Notes: generated by a model not told the origin, from the letters alone. A DNA stretch of 64,000 nt from Phaeosaccion multiseriatum (GCA_965112735.1 OZ218956.1:248001-312000); one strand, 5' to 3'. Counted from the stretch's first letter, positions 1-13,200 are shown. Numbers and translations: made by a program.

Positions 1-3000
1 CGGTAATCGATGGGAAGGTGTCGAGGTTGGCAGCCACAACGAGTGACCTCAAGAGCGACACGAGACCCTGAGTGAGTGAGTCAGGGGAGGCGTGGATGGC
101 AGCAGAGGGAGGGAGGTGAGTGTGCGATGCTCGGCCGTTTCATCGGCAGAGGGGAGGGGCGGACCACTGAATTGATGGAGTCAAGCAGAGGAGAGGGGCA
201 CTGAGCAAGAGGGGAAGGACGTCCACGCGCAATTTGCAGAGCTTCGACTCTTTTTCGGGCAGGTGCAAGCAATCAACTGCGTCGGACCAATCGACCACAC
301 ATAATTGTAGCAATCAGTGACACCAAGTACTGGGCCAGTCAGAGCGGCGATGGTTCCCAATGACAAACAGTAGTGTAACGCATGTAACGTCCGGTAACGT
401 GCGCACTCACCTCCAGCGCGCCAGTCCTGAGCTCCGTTTCCTCCGCCTGTGCCTTCTTGGAGGAGGAGGAGGAGGAGGAGGATCCACCCTCCCCAGGGGG
501 GCGCCCCTTGGCGACTTTGGCCATGGCTGTGAGGATGCGCTTGTACAAGTCAATGGCCTGGCCACAAGCAAGGAGGCAGGGCGCGAGGGTCAGTGCAACA
601 GCAGATGAAACGGCACATGAAGCGGCAGATGAGGGGGGGACACACAAACACGGCCACGGGAAAGAGCCGGGCTGAGCAGAGCAGCGTAGCCCAGGGGATG
701 AGGGAACGAGGGACTCCGAGTCTGACTAGTGCATAGTGAGAAGTGACTAGATGGCCACCCACCCACCCCCCCACCTCGAGGTCGCAGTCGTAGTTGATGA
801 AGGTCTCCACGAGGGCCTGTGGGGCGGCGCATAGATCTCCAAATACCTCCAACACAAGCATCTTCTGCTCGTGCAGCCCGGTGTCGCTCTCCAGCAGGCG
901 CAGGAACACACTGGTGATGAACACCTCCATCTCGCTCTTGAAGTGGTCTCGGTGCTTGCGCATGATGAATACGAAGATGCGCAGGCTGACAGACACTAGA
1001 GGTGTGTAGGTGGAGCTGCAGTTGAGGAGCAGGGAGGAGCAGAGCTCTCGCCGCATCGCGTCTACAAAGGTCATGGAGGCTTTAAAGGCCGGCCCGGAAA
1101 CCTCCAGCAGAGCCAAAATCATCTCCAGAGACAGCTGCTTGCATTGGTTCTCCACGGCCTGCACGGTGCCGCCACCCTGTTGGGAGGAGGACGACAAGTG
1201 GTGGGGGAGGGAGTGACGGGTCATGGTGGGGGAGGGAGGAGATGTGCGACCCGTCCTTCCTTCCTTGCTTAAGTCACGCACGTAAAGCAGAGCAAGCTTC
1301 TCAACTGGGGCAGAGCCCGCGACATGATGAGAGGGGCAAGGGGCCGGCCAGAGTGAGCGATGGCATCCCAGCGCTGCACACTCAATCACACTCACTCACT
1401 GATCCACTCACTCACTCCCCCCCTACCTCAATCACTCACTCAATCACTCGCTCAGTTACTCACGCAGTCACTCACTCATGGATCCATCCACTCACCCACT
1501 CACCAACTCACTCACACATTCACCCACTCACCCGCCCATTCCTTACTCAGTTACTCACTCATAGTCACTCACAGTAACTCACTCACGCATCCACCCACTC
1601 ACCCACTCACTAACTCACTCACTCACTCAGTTACTCACTCACAGTCACTCACTCACCCACCCACCCACCCACCCACTCACTCCCTCACTCACTCACTCCC
1701 TCACTCACTCTCTTACTCACTCACTCACTCATTCACTCCCTCACTCACTCTCTCACTCACTCACTCTCTCACTCACTCACTCACTCACTCACTGACTGAC
1801 CCATCCACCCACTCACTCACTCACTCACTCACTCACTCACTCACTCACTCACTCACTCACTCACTCACTGACCTGCATGGGCAGCTCGAACACGTTTGTA
1901 TCGGCCACTGACACCCTGCACAGCGTGAAGAAGCATTCGTGGGCATCGCGGTGGTGCACTGTTGGAAGCTCCCCCTCGCTCTCCCCCTCGCTCTCCCCCT
2001 CGCCCTCCCCCTCCCCCTCCCCCTCGGTCAACCGCGGACCGACGCCAGCCCCTTCTCGCGCCGCTCCTCCCACAGCAGCAGAAGCAGAAGCAGCAGCAGC
2101 AGAGCCGTCACCAGGGCCCTGGTCACCACTCGTGTCCTGAGGCTTGGCCAGCCCCAATGCTGCGACCACTTGTGGGTACATGCAGTCTTGAGGTGCCGCC
2201 CGCTCTGCATTGGCACTCCCTCTGCTGCTCCCGCTATTCACATTGCTACTTCTACTGCCGCTGCTAGGGCTACTACTACTACCGCTGCCACTTCTGCTTC
2301 TACCATTACTACTACTACTACTACCACCACCACCACCCCCAGCACCATTGCTGGTAGTGGCACTGGCGCTGGCCCCTCCTCCTCCTCCTCCGGTCTGTCC
2401 CCCGCCATCTGCCTGGGAAAGGGGAAGGGCAAGGGAAACGTGCTCGTCGCCATCGCCAAGGTCCCCATTGGCAAAGGCCTTGGCCAGAGAAGCTGGCCCT
2501 GAATCCGCCTCTGCTCCTGCCTCCCCTGTGCCTTGGTCTCCTCCTCCTCCTCCTCCTCCTCCTCCTCCTCCTCCTCCTCCTCCTCCTCCTCCTCCTCCTC
2601 CCCCTCCTTGTCCTGACTCGGAGCCTCTGTTGGGCGCTCCCTCCAAGCCCCTCTGGGCTTCCTCCATCCGCTCGAAAGTCACTCCCAGCAGCTGTTGGAG
2701 GTACGTCCGGCAGTCCGCCTTGAAGGAGATGGCGTGCTTGGCTGTGCTCGTGGTGAATATGTAGTTGCTCATGAGCAGCTTCAAAACCTGCACCAGCTCC
2801 GACCCATGCACCTCCACCCCAGGGCACACTATGCAGCTCATAAGGCAGCGAATTGCCTGCAGCCGCACCTCCTCCGTGAAGCTCGGCTCGCAGCAGCTCA
2901 ACAGCACCGACACGATGAAGTCCGCCACATGCAGGGTCCTCTTGGCCCGCCCCTCCTCCCCTTCAGGCGGATACGCGGCGGCGCTGCTGCTCCTTCTGCG

Positions 3001-3745
3001 GGTGGTGCTGAAGATGCTGCTCCTCTTTGTGCTGCTACTGGAGCTCGGGCTGGTGAGCTCACTCCCATCTCCCCCCCCACCAGCACTAGCATTTGCACTT
3101 GCACTTGCACTGCCACGGCTCTCCTCCGAGTTGCTGCCAGTTGTGGAGGCAGCTGCAGCGGCGGCCTCATCGGGCAACACCCGCGAGGTTTCCACTGTGG
3201 TCTCTGCGGTCACGTGCCCGTCCGCTGAGATGCGACGGGTGGGGGGGGGGGGCAGAGATGGATGGGACTGTGAGCTTCTATACCGATGGCATGGGGGGTG
3301 AGGTGGGTTAAGAGAGAGCATCTTGGTAGTCTTGCCACTAAGACAGACACTCGGTCCATCAGCAAACACACGTTGACAAACAACACATTCGCTGTGCCTG
3401 CCTGTACTTGCCACAACCCCACTTGCTCCAAGCCCTCCCCGTCGCTCCCTGATGAAGGCACCCACCAATGAGCTTGTGCAGCCCTTCCAAGCCAGCTTCG
3501 CACAAGTCCTCGCTGTCTTTGGGGTAGAGAGCGAGGTCGAAGATATCAAAGAAGCTACTGACGATCCCGTTGGTTCCCTTCTGCTGTCGCTTCTCCAAGC
3601 CGATCACTGCAAGATCGCATCGCTGGCGGAGCAGCTTGTGCCGCCTGCTGGACGCAGATCGAATGCGTTTGATGGCATGTAGCAGCAGCTCGTCCAGGGA
3701 GAGGGGCGCCTTGGACTTCCTCCTCGCACCCGAAGGCGGCACCAT
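1..3745 (-). CDS. Large Sec7-family ARF guanine-nucleotide exchange factor (BIG1/2-like), 5' part; continues beyond window start
   Basis: GT-AG exons approx 3745-3466, 3224-1873, 1176-775, 557-411, 67-<1. DCB-like segment (LEGLHKLI...EVRLQAIRCLMS...VHGSELVQVL), Sec7_N region (KQLSLEMILALLEVSGPAF...HFKSEMEVF) and HUS box VETFINYDCDLE. Confidence 0.85.
1380..1870. repeat. (ACTC)n/(GAGT)n degenerate tetranucleotide microsatellite in an ARF-GEF intron
   Basis: About 490 bp of ACTC/ACCC units abutting the minus-strand 5' splice site at 1872. Confidence 0.95.
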
Positions 3746-4080
3746 CTCTCGGTGCCGTCTTCTGCTGCAACTTGCTGTCCTTTTTGAACTATCCTCTCTC
3801 CTCTTTACTTAATCTCTCTCCCTCTCTCCCCCCTCTCTCTTTCTCCCTCTTTCTCTCTCTCCTCTCTCTGTCGTGGGCAATTTCACGTCTCTGCTATTCT
3901 TGCTGCCTGAGCAGCTGCATCCGCAGCACGCACCACCTCCTTACACCATACTACGCGCTTTGCTGCACTCCGTACCGTGAAGGCAGCGCTTCTCTTTTTG
4001 AGTCTTCCATCTTCACGGCGAATGTGCGTCGCACGGCCCGCGCATATCCAATTCCAGTTCATGGGGGAAGGAGGAACATG

Positions 4081-4083
<3 letters not shown>

Positions 4084-4131
<48 letters not shown>
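4084..4131. repeat. (CA)n microsatellite
   Basis: Near-perfect CA run upstream of the ARF-GEF start. Confidence 0.95.
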
Positions 4132-4132
<1 letters not shown>

Positions 4133-4144
4133 GATAATGGACAA

Positions 4145-5180
4145 GATTACGGTGTGGGCCGGCCGTAATCAGTAATCAGCCCCCGGCTGGCGCATAATCA
4201 GTGATCAGGCCGGCTGGTCACCGGCTGATATCAGCAACCAGGCCGGCTGGCGCCGGTCATTTCCTCGCTCGAGCTGGCGCCATAATCTCGAACACACGAT
4301 CCCCCCCACACCGTTCACAGACTATCTGCTACCAGCCGGCGTGCTATCTGCTATCGACCACTTTCTCGATAGCATACTAGTATCGGGCCCTGCGGCCGAT
4401 AGCAGATAGCCCGGCGGCTGACGCTGGCGATAGCAGATGACACGCCGGCCGGCGCTGGCGATAGCAGATAGCAGCCATGCCGTCGACTGGCGCCGCGGCG
4501 ATAGCAGATAGCCGTGGGAGGAGTGTGACCGTGATGTATGGAGGGGAGGGGGAGTCCGAGGTTCAGAGTCTCAGCCAGCCAGTGAAGTGACCGGGAGGGT
4601 AGGAGCGTCTGGACAAGAGGAAAGGCGCGAAGCGCAGTCCAGGCAGAGAGGGGGGAGGGGAGGGGGGGAAACGAAGACAGCAAACACACAGTACGCAGGG
4701 AGGCGTGTAAGGCACCCATTGGCAACGTCTACATTACGAATTAACGGACGGCAGGCTTGTGTAGAGCTGTGTAGATAGCCGTCAATTTGAGGGGGTGTAA
4801 CTGCCCTGGCTGGCCCCTGGCTTCTGGACCGTAGCCCCCTCCTGACTTGGCTTCTGGTGGCCGCAGGCCAGGCGGTCTGGCTTCTGGCTTCTCAGGCTTG
4901 GAGGGGGGGGGTTCGCTACTGTCCTGCTGGCTTCTGAAGCCGCATGCCCAGCCAGCCCTGGCTGGCTCGTTCTTGCTTTCGGTCGCAGGCCGCCTCTGGC
5001 TTCTGCTGCTGGTGTGCGTGCTGGGAAGTTCCTGCTGGCTTCATCCACCCTTTTATCGCAAGCGGGAAACTGATGATGGTGATGGATCTCCCGTCATGAG
5101 GGGGAGAGATGACGCGTGCGTGGTTTGTTATGATTTGTGGTGACTATTGAAACGAAACGTCTCAAACGAAAACGAAACCG
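4145..5180. promoter_or_regulatory. Divergent intergenic region with clustered short repeats (TAATCAG, CCGGCTGG, CGATAGCAGATAGC, CTGGCTTCTG, GAAACG)
   Basis: The repeated words are directly visible between two divergent genes; a regulatory role is inferred only. Confidence 0.4.
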
Positions 5181-5330
5181 TCGCACAATCGCACGACGCG
5201 AGCTGGTTTTGTTGCCAGTATTCCCTGTCGAGTGTGACTGTGCTATGCCATCAGCAAGGGGACATAACGATTAGAGAAGAAGAACAAGGAGCCTGTTTGA
5301 GAGCTGGCAAGCCTGTTCATCGCGCTGGAC

Positions 5331-6622
5331 ATGCTTGATAGAGGACGAGCAGGGGTGCGCCGGGCCAGTGCAAGCATGTGTGTGGGAGTCCATGACGAGG
5401 GGCAGACTAAATTTAGCAGAGGGAAAAGGACACTCTCTGATGGGGCTGTTGGTAGCAGCTGCAAGGACTCCAAGGGCGAGGCCGACCAGCCGAGAGACCG
5501 AGGTAGCCGCAGGCGAATGGTGTTTGGTAGAGCACTTCCTTCTGCGCGGCGAGACCCTCAGGCTTGTGCGCGGCAGAGAAGGCTGTCCTGGCAAGGAGGG
5601 GTAGACAAGGCAGCAGCCATAGCGGGCAAGGTTCTGCAGGCAGCAATGTTTCCAACGCGGAGCAGCAGCTTTGGGGGCGGAGGCCGGGGTGATCGTAGGA
5701 TTAGTTGCACTGGTAGCACGGGCCCAGCAGACGTGAGCCCCTTGGGCAACTGCAGTACCACCACCTTTCCCATCTCCGAACAGGGTGACGTACTCGACGA
5801 GCAAATCGGTTGGGAGGAGGCGCAGGAGGAGGGGACCACGGGGGTGCCCACGGAGGAGGAGATGCGGGTCGCAGCCAAGAGGGCGCTAGCACGACATCGA
5901 CTACGAGTCCTTGTGAAGGCGATGTGGGTAGTTGGCATCTTCCGGCGGGCTGGGCTCGAAAGGACAAGGGCGAGGGAGCTCACGGAAGCGGAAGTCAGGC
6001 GAAGGTACGCGTCTGGCTGTGGCTTGTGTTTTGCTCTTCTCCCCCCCACTCTGGCTCCTTCCGGTCCAAAAGTATGACACTCCCGGCCGGTCTTGTATTT
6101 ACTCTACAACCCTCTTTGCTGCCCTCTTTCTTGTCCATGTCCAGTCTCCGAGTAAGGCGAAATCGTGTGGGAGGAGGAGGAGGGGGAGGCGAAGGAGCAC
6201 CGATGGACATGCCCTTCCTCGTCAAGAACAATAAGCGATTGCAGGACTCGATTCAGCTGGAGCGATTGCGACACCACCTGTCACACCACGACCCGCCGCG
6301 GCACTCGAGGCAAAGCCTCAGCAGCGGCGAGGTACTCGGGAGAGGCCAGGTCTTCCCTGAACAGCGACACCACCGACGACACGTCAGTACTGAACTTGTT
6401 CTGACGCCAGACAAAGCCATTGGAGGGGAAGAAGCGAGAATACTCTCGGGACCAGTCGAGTATGAGGAACAAGGAGAGAGCGGGCTCCGGAAACAACGAG
6501 AGCGGCCGCTGCGACGGCGCCAGCTACGACAACTACGTGGACCGGGAGGCGTCTTCCTCACGCAGCCAGTGGTAGGAATGCCAGTCCGAGGAGAGCGAAG
6601 AAACATGGAGATGGTAGAGTAG
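5331..6622 (+). CDS. Hypothetical protein (2 exons)
   Basis: ORF 5331 joins ORF 5810..6622 in frame through a GT-AG intron at 6005-6144 with a pyrimidine-rich acceptor. It contains a basic amphipathic segment RHRLRVLVKAMWVVGIFRR. Start codon uncertain and no family recognised. Confidence 0.45.
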
Positions 6623-7360
6623 GAGGAGGCGTGGCGGAGGAAATGTACAACATTTATATTATAAATATTATAAATCCCTCTATATAGACATACGCTTCGC
6701 ACTACCTTGCCCTGTACAATAGCAGGGGCACACGAAGCTGTTCTCGTCCTCGAATCATCCCATTGCAAAAGCGCGCGGGGCGTTGCAGCTCCTCTGGCTA
6801 CCAACCCGCCTCTACCTCTATGTGGTAGAGCTCCTGTTCTCCACCTTGAAGCCTACTGGAGAGAGGGAGCCCCCAGAAAAGAAGGGAGGACCCGAAATGA
6901 GATGGTATATTACTGAGAGATTGTAAGTACGCTATCCCCACCCAGAGACGCGGGAAGCTTCCTTGTGTTTAAGCCATGGCTGCTGCAAAGCTGCGGAGCG
7001 AGCTAAGCTCACAGGAAGGTACAGAAGCTTCGGTAGCCAAGCTACGGTAGCTAAGCTGAGTGCTTTACCTTGTCGGCGCTCCCGCTGGCGACCTCCTTGC
7101 CTTTGTCGTCGGAGAAGGCGAGTCCCGGCCGTAACCAGCCAAGTCGGCATGCCCCTGCCTCGAGGGACCTGCAACACACACACAGAGAGAAGAGAGAGAG
7201 AGAGAGAGAGGTGAGCGGCAGGGTAGAAAGCGCACAAACTGATAGGCTTTGTGACTGAGCACTATATCGACACATACTGAGGTCAATATCGATGTATTGG
7301 AAGGAAGGGACGGAAAAAAAAAAAAAAAAAAAAAAAAAACTTACGTAAGCCAACAAAAAA

Positions 7361-7456
7361 AGCTTGAGCACAGGATCGAACTATGGACCTCTTCGTCCCT
7401 CTACAACATGGGTGAGTCGGTACAAGCGAAGCGCTCTGCCACTGAGCTACACAAGC
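7361..7456 (-). tRNA. tRNA-Thr(UGU) with a 24-nt intron (7397-7420)
   Basis: Minus strand: GCTTGTG-TA-GCTCAGTGGCAGAGC-G-CTTCG-CT-TGT-A-[intron]-A-CGAAG-AGGTC-CATAG-TTCGATC-CTGTG-CTCAAGC-T, followed by a T-run (Pol III terminator). A and B boxes are intact; there is one U-U mismatch in the acceptor stem. Confidence 0.88.
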
Positions 7457-7673
7457 ATTGAAAGTTTCGTCCAATTTCCAGGGTTTTTGAACTATTTTCA
7501 TACTGACCAGTTCCTTCCAAGCTAAAGAGCAGCCCCATCCCGCCGTGTTCCGAGTCTGGCAGAGTGCCGCAGCTGGCGCAATAAAACAACCAGCCACTCA
7601 TCGCAACCGCAGCCGAATCAATCGCCAGACCACCCCCCATGTACGCCGCGACTGGCGCTGGTGATTCGGCAGC

Positions 7674-10034
7674 TCAGCTTCCGCGAACGGCAGCGGCCAC
7701 TACTCCGAAGCTCACGACGCTGCCCGCGAGGAGGCCCAAGCTCAGCCAAAAGACCATGAGGATGCCGGCGGCTTCCTTGTCGCTGTCCGAGGCCGTCTGG
7801 GGCAGCAGCTTGGGGCCCTGCATCATGGACAGGCTGGCAATGTACCCGTTTGACAGCCCGAACAGAGCCATGATCAGCACCGGCCACGTGTCGTGCTCCA
7901 GCAGCAGCGGGAGGAGAGAGCCTGGGATAAGAGGAGGAGGAGGAGGAGGAGGAGGAGGGGTGGAGAGAGTACTTTTGTTGACTTGTGTACTGTGGAGGGT
8001 CAGCGGCTCCGACACTACTGAGAATGAAAACCAAGACAATCGCACCTTCCACATTGCACAGCAGAAAGAGAGGCAGGAAGACCACCCTCGCTGCGGAGAG
8101 TCGCAGGAGGTTCCGTGGGCGGAGGGGGATTTCTGCAACACCGGCGGCCTGGGTGGCCTTGCCCCGGCAGTTGGTGATACAGCGGCCCCACCCCCCAGCG
8201 ACCAAAACGCGGCCCACGCCGGGCCCCGTGAGCAGTCTGCCCAGCAGGTCGCAGAGGTTAAAGTTGACGAAGGACAGGAGGACAAAGAGGTCTTGCGACA
8301 GGCGAGACGCCCCGTCCTCACACCAGTGCGCAGACCGCAGCTTGGACGTGACGGCGGGGAACAGCGCCAGTGTCACTGCGTACACCTGAGGGAGGGAGGA
8401 CAAAGGGGAGGGAGCCCAAAATGAGATGTTGGCACAAAGCATAGCAAAGAAGCACCACGGCGTCGTCACTCACCAGAAAGACGGCCGCTGCTGGAGAAGC
8501 CACGACTCTCAACAAGAGCACGTAGGACTGCAGCGAGAAGGGAGCCTCATCCCCGCCGCCCTCCACATGCACTTGCTGGGGCTTTAGCTGCAGAGAAGGC
8601 CTCCGATAAGAGCCCTCCCCACCCGTCAACGTCCCCCCCTCCCGCTCCTTGTCCTCCCCTTCCTCCCCCTCCACCTCAACCTGGTTCATCTCGTGGCCAT
8701 CCGCTGTCTGGCCATTGCGAAGCAGCATGTCCCCACTCAGGAGCAGCGCTTGGGCGTCGTCAGAGCCCAAGAAAGAGGCCCCCCGATCCCCCCCACCCTG
8801 CTCGGAGTCCGAGTCCACGCCGCTGAGGCTGTCGCTGCTGTTGCGCGCCCTCCCTCTGCCCTCCTCCCCCCCTCCGAGCTGCTGTATCACCAACTGCTGC
8901 TGCTGCTGCTGCCCCTGCTGCCTCTGTGCACCCTCCAGCAGTACAAAGCCCGCCACGCACAGGAGCAGCACCACTGCGGCAATGAGAAAGTATGCAAACG
9001 TGCCCACGTCGGTAGAGTACTCAGCGCAGCCTGTGCCGCTGCTCAGTCCCCTGGAGACTGGCGCGGAGGACTCTGCGGTCGACGTGTCCCCAGGGCACAT
9101 GGTGTCGTCGTGCCCCGCCCACACGGTGAGCAAGCCGGCCAGGGCCACCACCAGCCCCGCCAAGGCCTGGCCCGACATCATCGCCTGGTGCACGAGTTGG
9201 AGGGAGAGACAGACACAAAGAAAACGGGGTGGGGACTTGCGCATTCCCCCTCCTCCTCCTCCTCCTCCTCCCCAAGCTCCCTCTCGTACCGTACATACCT
9301 GAGTGTACTTGGGCTCGTATGACCCCGCCAAGCCGAAGAGCCCACTCTGGAAAAACGCCACCGCCACAGCCGACACCGTGACGAACAAGATTGTCACCCC
9401 AAACACAAGTAGCCCCGACGCCGTCTCCACCAGCGTGAGGGCGGCGCACAAGGCGAAGCACAGCACGGTTATAGCAAGAGAGGCGTACACGCGGAGACGG
9501 ATGGATAGCAGCGCTTGGGTGCTCATGCAGAGAAGCAGGCCCGCGATGCCGCCGAAGGTGTACAGAAAGCTAAAGTAGTTCTCAAAGTTGCTGTGGTACG
9601 CTGCGATGAGGAGGAGGAGGAGGATGGTTAGGGGGGGGGGGGGCGTGGTGATTAATAAGCATCCCTTGCTGTCATTGAGCAACACTCTCACAGCCAAGGA
9701 CCTCCTTGCCAAACTTACGTGTGTCACAGAGTCGCACTGTGAAGTAGTCGACGGAGTTGATAAAGGCGTTCCAAGGAAAGAGCTGCCCCACCCCTTGAAG
9801 GAAAAACAGCGACCAGACCAGACCGGGCTGGCGTACAGGATGCGAACCAGCGCTTTCGCCCATTCCGGCCGCAGCAGAACCATCACCAGCACCAGCAGCA
9901 GCAGCACCACCACCACCTAATGCCCCATCCCTCCCTTCACCGACCCCGTCGTCGCTCAAGCTTTCGCCGTCCTTGCTCAGGGACACGTACTTCTCTCCTC
10001 CATCCTGCCCTGCTCTTCGATGCAGGGAGGCCAT
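7674..10034 (-). CDS. Equilibrative nucleoside transporter (ENT/SLC29 family), multi-exon
   Basis: ENT signatures FFLQGVGQLFPWNAFINSVDYF, QSGLFGLAG, AMMSGQALAG, VTLALFPAV, FNLCDLLGR and FGLSNGYIASLSMMQGP...EAAG; many TM segments; GT-AG introns. Confidence 0.92.
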
Positions 10035-10217
10035 TAATTAGAGCTAATCACCCATTGGCATTGCAGTAGCCGCAGCAGCAGCGCCACACCGGCAATGAGT
10101 GATCAGAGAGGGAAAGAGAGGAAGGATTCTCTTAAGTCATTAAATCACTTGGCCAACCGGCTTCCCGGCCTCGGCTTTGGGCTTGGAGAAAACAAACCTG
10201 CGCTCCGATCGACCACC

Positions 10218-13200
10218 ATGGGGGGAGGGGGCTTGCAGCGGCACCGGCAGCGGCAGCGCCGGCAGCCGTTCTCGCTCGGCCCGTGCTGTGTGCTTCTTCT
10301 AGTCTTTGTGCAATGCTGCCGAGCCTTGGTCAGGGACGAAGTGGGGATCATCGACTGGCACAAGCGGAACATTGGGAGGGTGAGCAGGGTAGTGACGGCC
10401 ACAGAGGGGGCCAAGATCTTCGTGGCCACGGACAGATCAGTGGTGGCGAGGCTGCAGCCTGGCAGTGGGGATATAGCGTGGCGGCACGTGATGGGCGGCG
10501 GGAGGGAGAAGGTGGATGCTCTGCTCTCGGTTAAGAAGCATCTCGTGTCCGTCAGTGCCGAGGGAAGGTGAGGAGGGAGGCATTGTAGGGCAGGGCAGAG
10601 CGTAGGAGGAGGGAAGGTCAGAGGCAGAATGAGAATTCCATCACGGGTGGAGGATAAGAGTTGCTGTCTCGAAGGCTTCGTGAACGAAGGTCAGAGAGAA
10701 CTAACACCCACTGCATCACTGCCGCTCCACCTCCCCCCTGTTCCTTGTGTCTATTGCCGACGCAAAGGTTTGTGCGGCTGTGGAACGCTCGCGACGGCAA
10801 CTTGCTGTGGGAGACCGCCCTGGCCACTCCTCTCCTGCCCCTCGGGGGACACATCAGCCTCAGCGCCTCCAGCGACGACTCGGACGTGTTCGTGCTGTGC
10901 TCCAATCAGATACACGTGCTCAGAGCCACCTCGGGCTCGCAGGTGCGTTGTCTGTAGCTCGCCGAGGGGAGGAACATCATAAGCTTGGGCTTGCAGTGGG
11001 CATGCCGGTCCTCAGCCCCGCATGCTTATGTGCTTGTCCCTCCTCCCCCTCGGCCCTTCCCCAATGCTCTTTCTTCTCCCTCCTCCTGCAGTCCTGGGTG
11101 TACAACGCCGACCCCAAGCTGGAGAATGCCCTTGCCAGCTCAGTGGGCAGGGACGCTTCCGTCGTGCCCACAGACATCCTCACGACCCAGGGTCCTGGTG
11201 CAGGCGTGTTTGTAGCGGCCTACACCACCAAGGGCAGCTCCGGCAAGGTGAGGAAATGATACAAAGACAATGACTCGTCGGTGCTCTCTCTACCGCTGTA
11301 TTGGTGGACTCGCGATGCCCTTTGCTCTGCTCCCCCCCTTGGGTTGTGTCTTGTCGCTCATCGATCTGCATGGCACTCCTCCCCCCCTTTGGCTGTTGGC
11401 ATTGGCTCAGTCGGACTCGCTGCTGCTGCTGCGCTTCCCTGCGGTGGCGCCGCGCTCTCCCGAGCTGTCCTCCATGAAAGTGGGCAAGGTTGGGGGCGGG
11501 GGGCTGGACAGCTCTCAGGGGGTCGCGCTGCTGGTCCACCCCAACCCGGAGGCCCTCGCCCCGCTCATCGTGGGTCTGGGTGCGGGCGGCAAGAGCTTGG
11601 TGGTGATGGAGGTGCCTGAAGCCGGCGCCGCTGCCGACCTCTCTGAGTTGGAGCTCCCCGCGGACTTTGTTGGAGCCGACGCCGAGAGTCGAGTCATCTT
11701 TCTGAAGGTGAGGGGTGAGGGACGGGGAGAGAGAGAGAGAGAGAGAGAAAGGGGGTCCCTGTATCGCGTCCGATCGCTCCTTTCTTCTGCCCAGCGCTTC
11801 CTCCACGCCCCCCGTTCGCGTCATTTATCATCCCGCCCTCTGCGCCTTCCCCTCTGCCCTCCTTGCCCACACCCTCTCGCCTGCTCCATGGCATGTGCGG
11901 TGTGCGTGGCTCCTCTGTCTCACACGCTCAACTCCCTTGCCTCCATCTGTGCCGCTTACGTGCGGTGCCATCCCCCCAGGCCGTGGGCGCTTCAGGGGGA
12001 CGGCTCATGCATCTGCGCAACGCTGCCGGAGTGCAGGCCCTGTTTGCGGTGGAATTGGGAGGGGAGGGGGGCAAGCTTGGGCCTCTGCGCCTGAGGGAGG
12101 TGATTCGCTGTGAGGGGGACTGCGCTCTGGGAGCAAGCCTCGACAAGACCGACGACGACAATCATGACAAGGCCCTTAGCGTGTGTAAGGTGCAGAGGGA
12201 GAGCCCCGACCAGGTTTCCGTGCTGATGGTGCTGCTCGAAGAAGGAGGAGGAAGTGAGGGGCGGGTGGATGGACGTTCTGCCGAGGGCGTCGTCATGGTG
12301 GCACACAGTCTCGAGCAGCGTGGGGAGCTCTTGCAGGCCTTCCCCGTGGCGCACCAAGGGGCCGTGTTGGTGGTATGCGCCGACGACAGCGCCGTGCTGC
12401 TGCAAGCAAGCGGAGCAGGCGGAGGAGCGCCAGTGTGGGAGAGGGAGGAGTCACTGTCGAGTGTGCTGAGCGTCGACTTTGTGAACCTTGCCGTGGACGA
12501 GCTTCTGGCGCTGGCCAAGAGGAGCGGCAAGGAGGAGCACGCCATCCCTGACCTCGCCGAGCGCCTGGAGATGCAAAAGGCGGAGGTGCTACGGACGGCC
12601 AAAGGAGCCGTTCGGCGGGTCACCGGAGGGCTCTTGCTGGGGGAGGAGGAGGTGAGCGGGATTGGGGGGTCGCAGCTACCCACTCTGGACGACGCCGCGT
12701 CGAGTTTCGGTTTCAAGAAGCTGGCGGTGTGTGTAACGGCCTCAGGGAAGGTGGTGGGCGTGAACATGGACGGCGGGGGCGTGGTGTGGGCCAGGAGGCT
12801 TCCGGAGAACATCCGAGGCAGGAGTGTGCAGGTGCGTGTGCGTGTGCGTGAGTGGGTGCCTGGGTGCCTTATTACTTTTCTTCTGGCCCAGGGCAGTGGG
12901 GAGGAAGAGGTGGGAAATTGGAATTCGAAATGGGGGTGGGTGGGGGGGCGGCCTGGTGGTGTTGCGCCGTCATGGATAGGTGCCTCTACTCTTCGTCTGT
13001 TGTCTACTGCTCCCTCCAAGAATGCATCTTCTCTCCAACACACACACACACACACACACACACACAGCTAGTGAGTGAGGAAGGAAAGCAGCATAGAGCG
13101 AGCGTCTATGCTCACGTAATGCCCACCCCACCCGACAAACAACACACCCACACACACGCACATGTGCAAGCAGGTGTTCAGCACCCGGCCGTCGGCCATC

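Noticed and set aside
1242-1911. His/Ser/Leu/Thr-rich ORFs (THSL repeats)
   Set aside because: Translations of the intronic (ACTC)n microsatellite.
4322-4512. CRISPR-like repeat-spacer array
   Set aside because: Repeats are only 14 bp, occur in both orientations, have short related spacers, and there are no cas genes in this eukaryotic context.
6641-6690. AT-rich palindromic patch after the hypothetical gene
   Set aside because: Most simply a 3'-end/polyadenylation region; too short and low in complexity to call an element.
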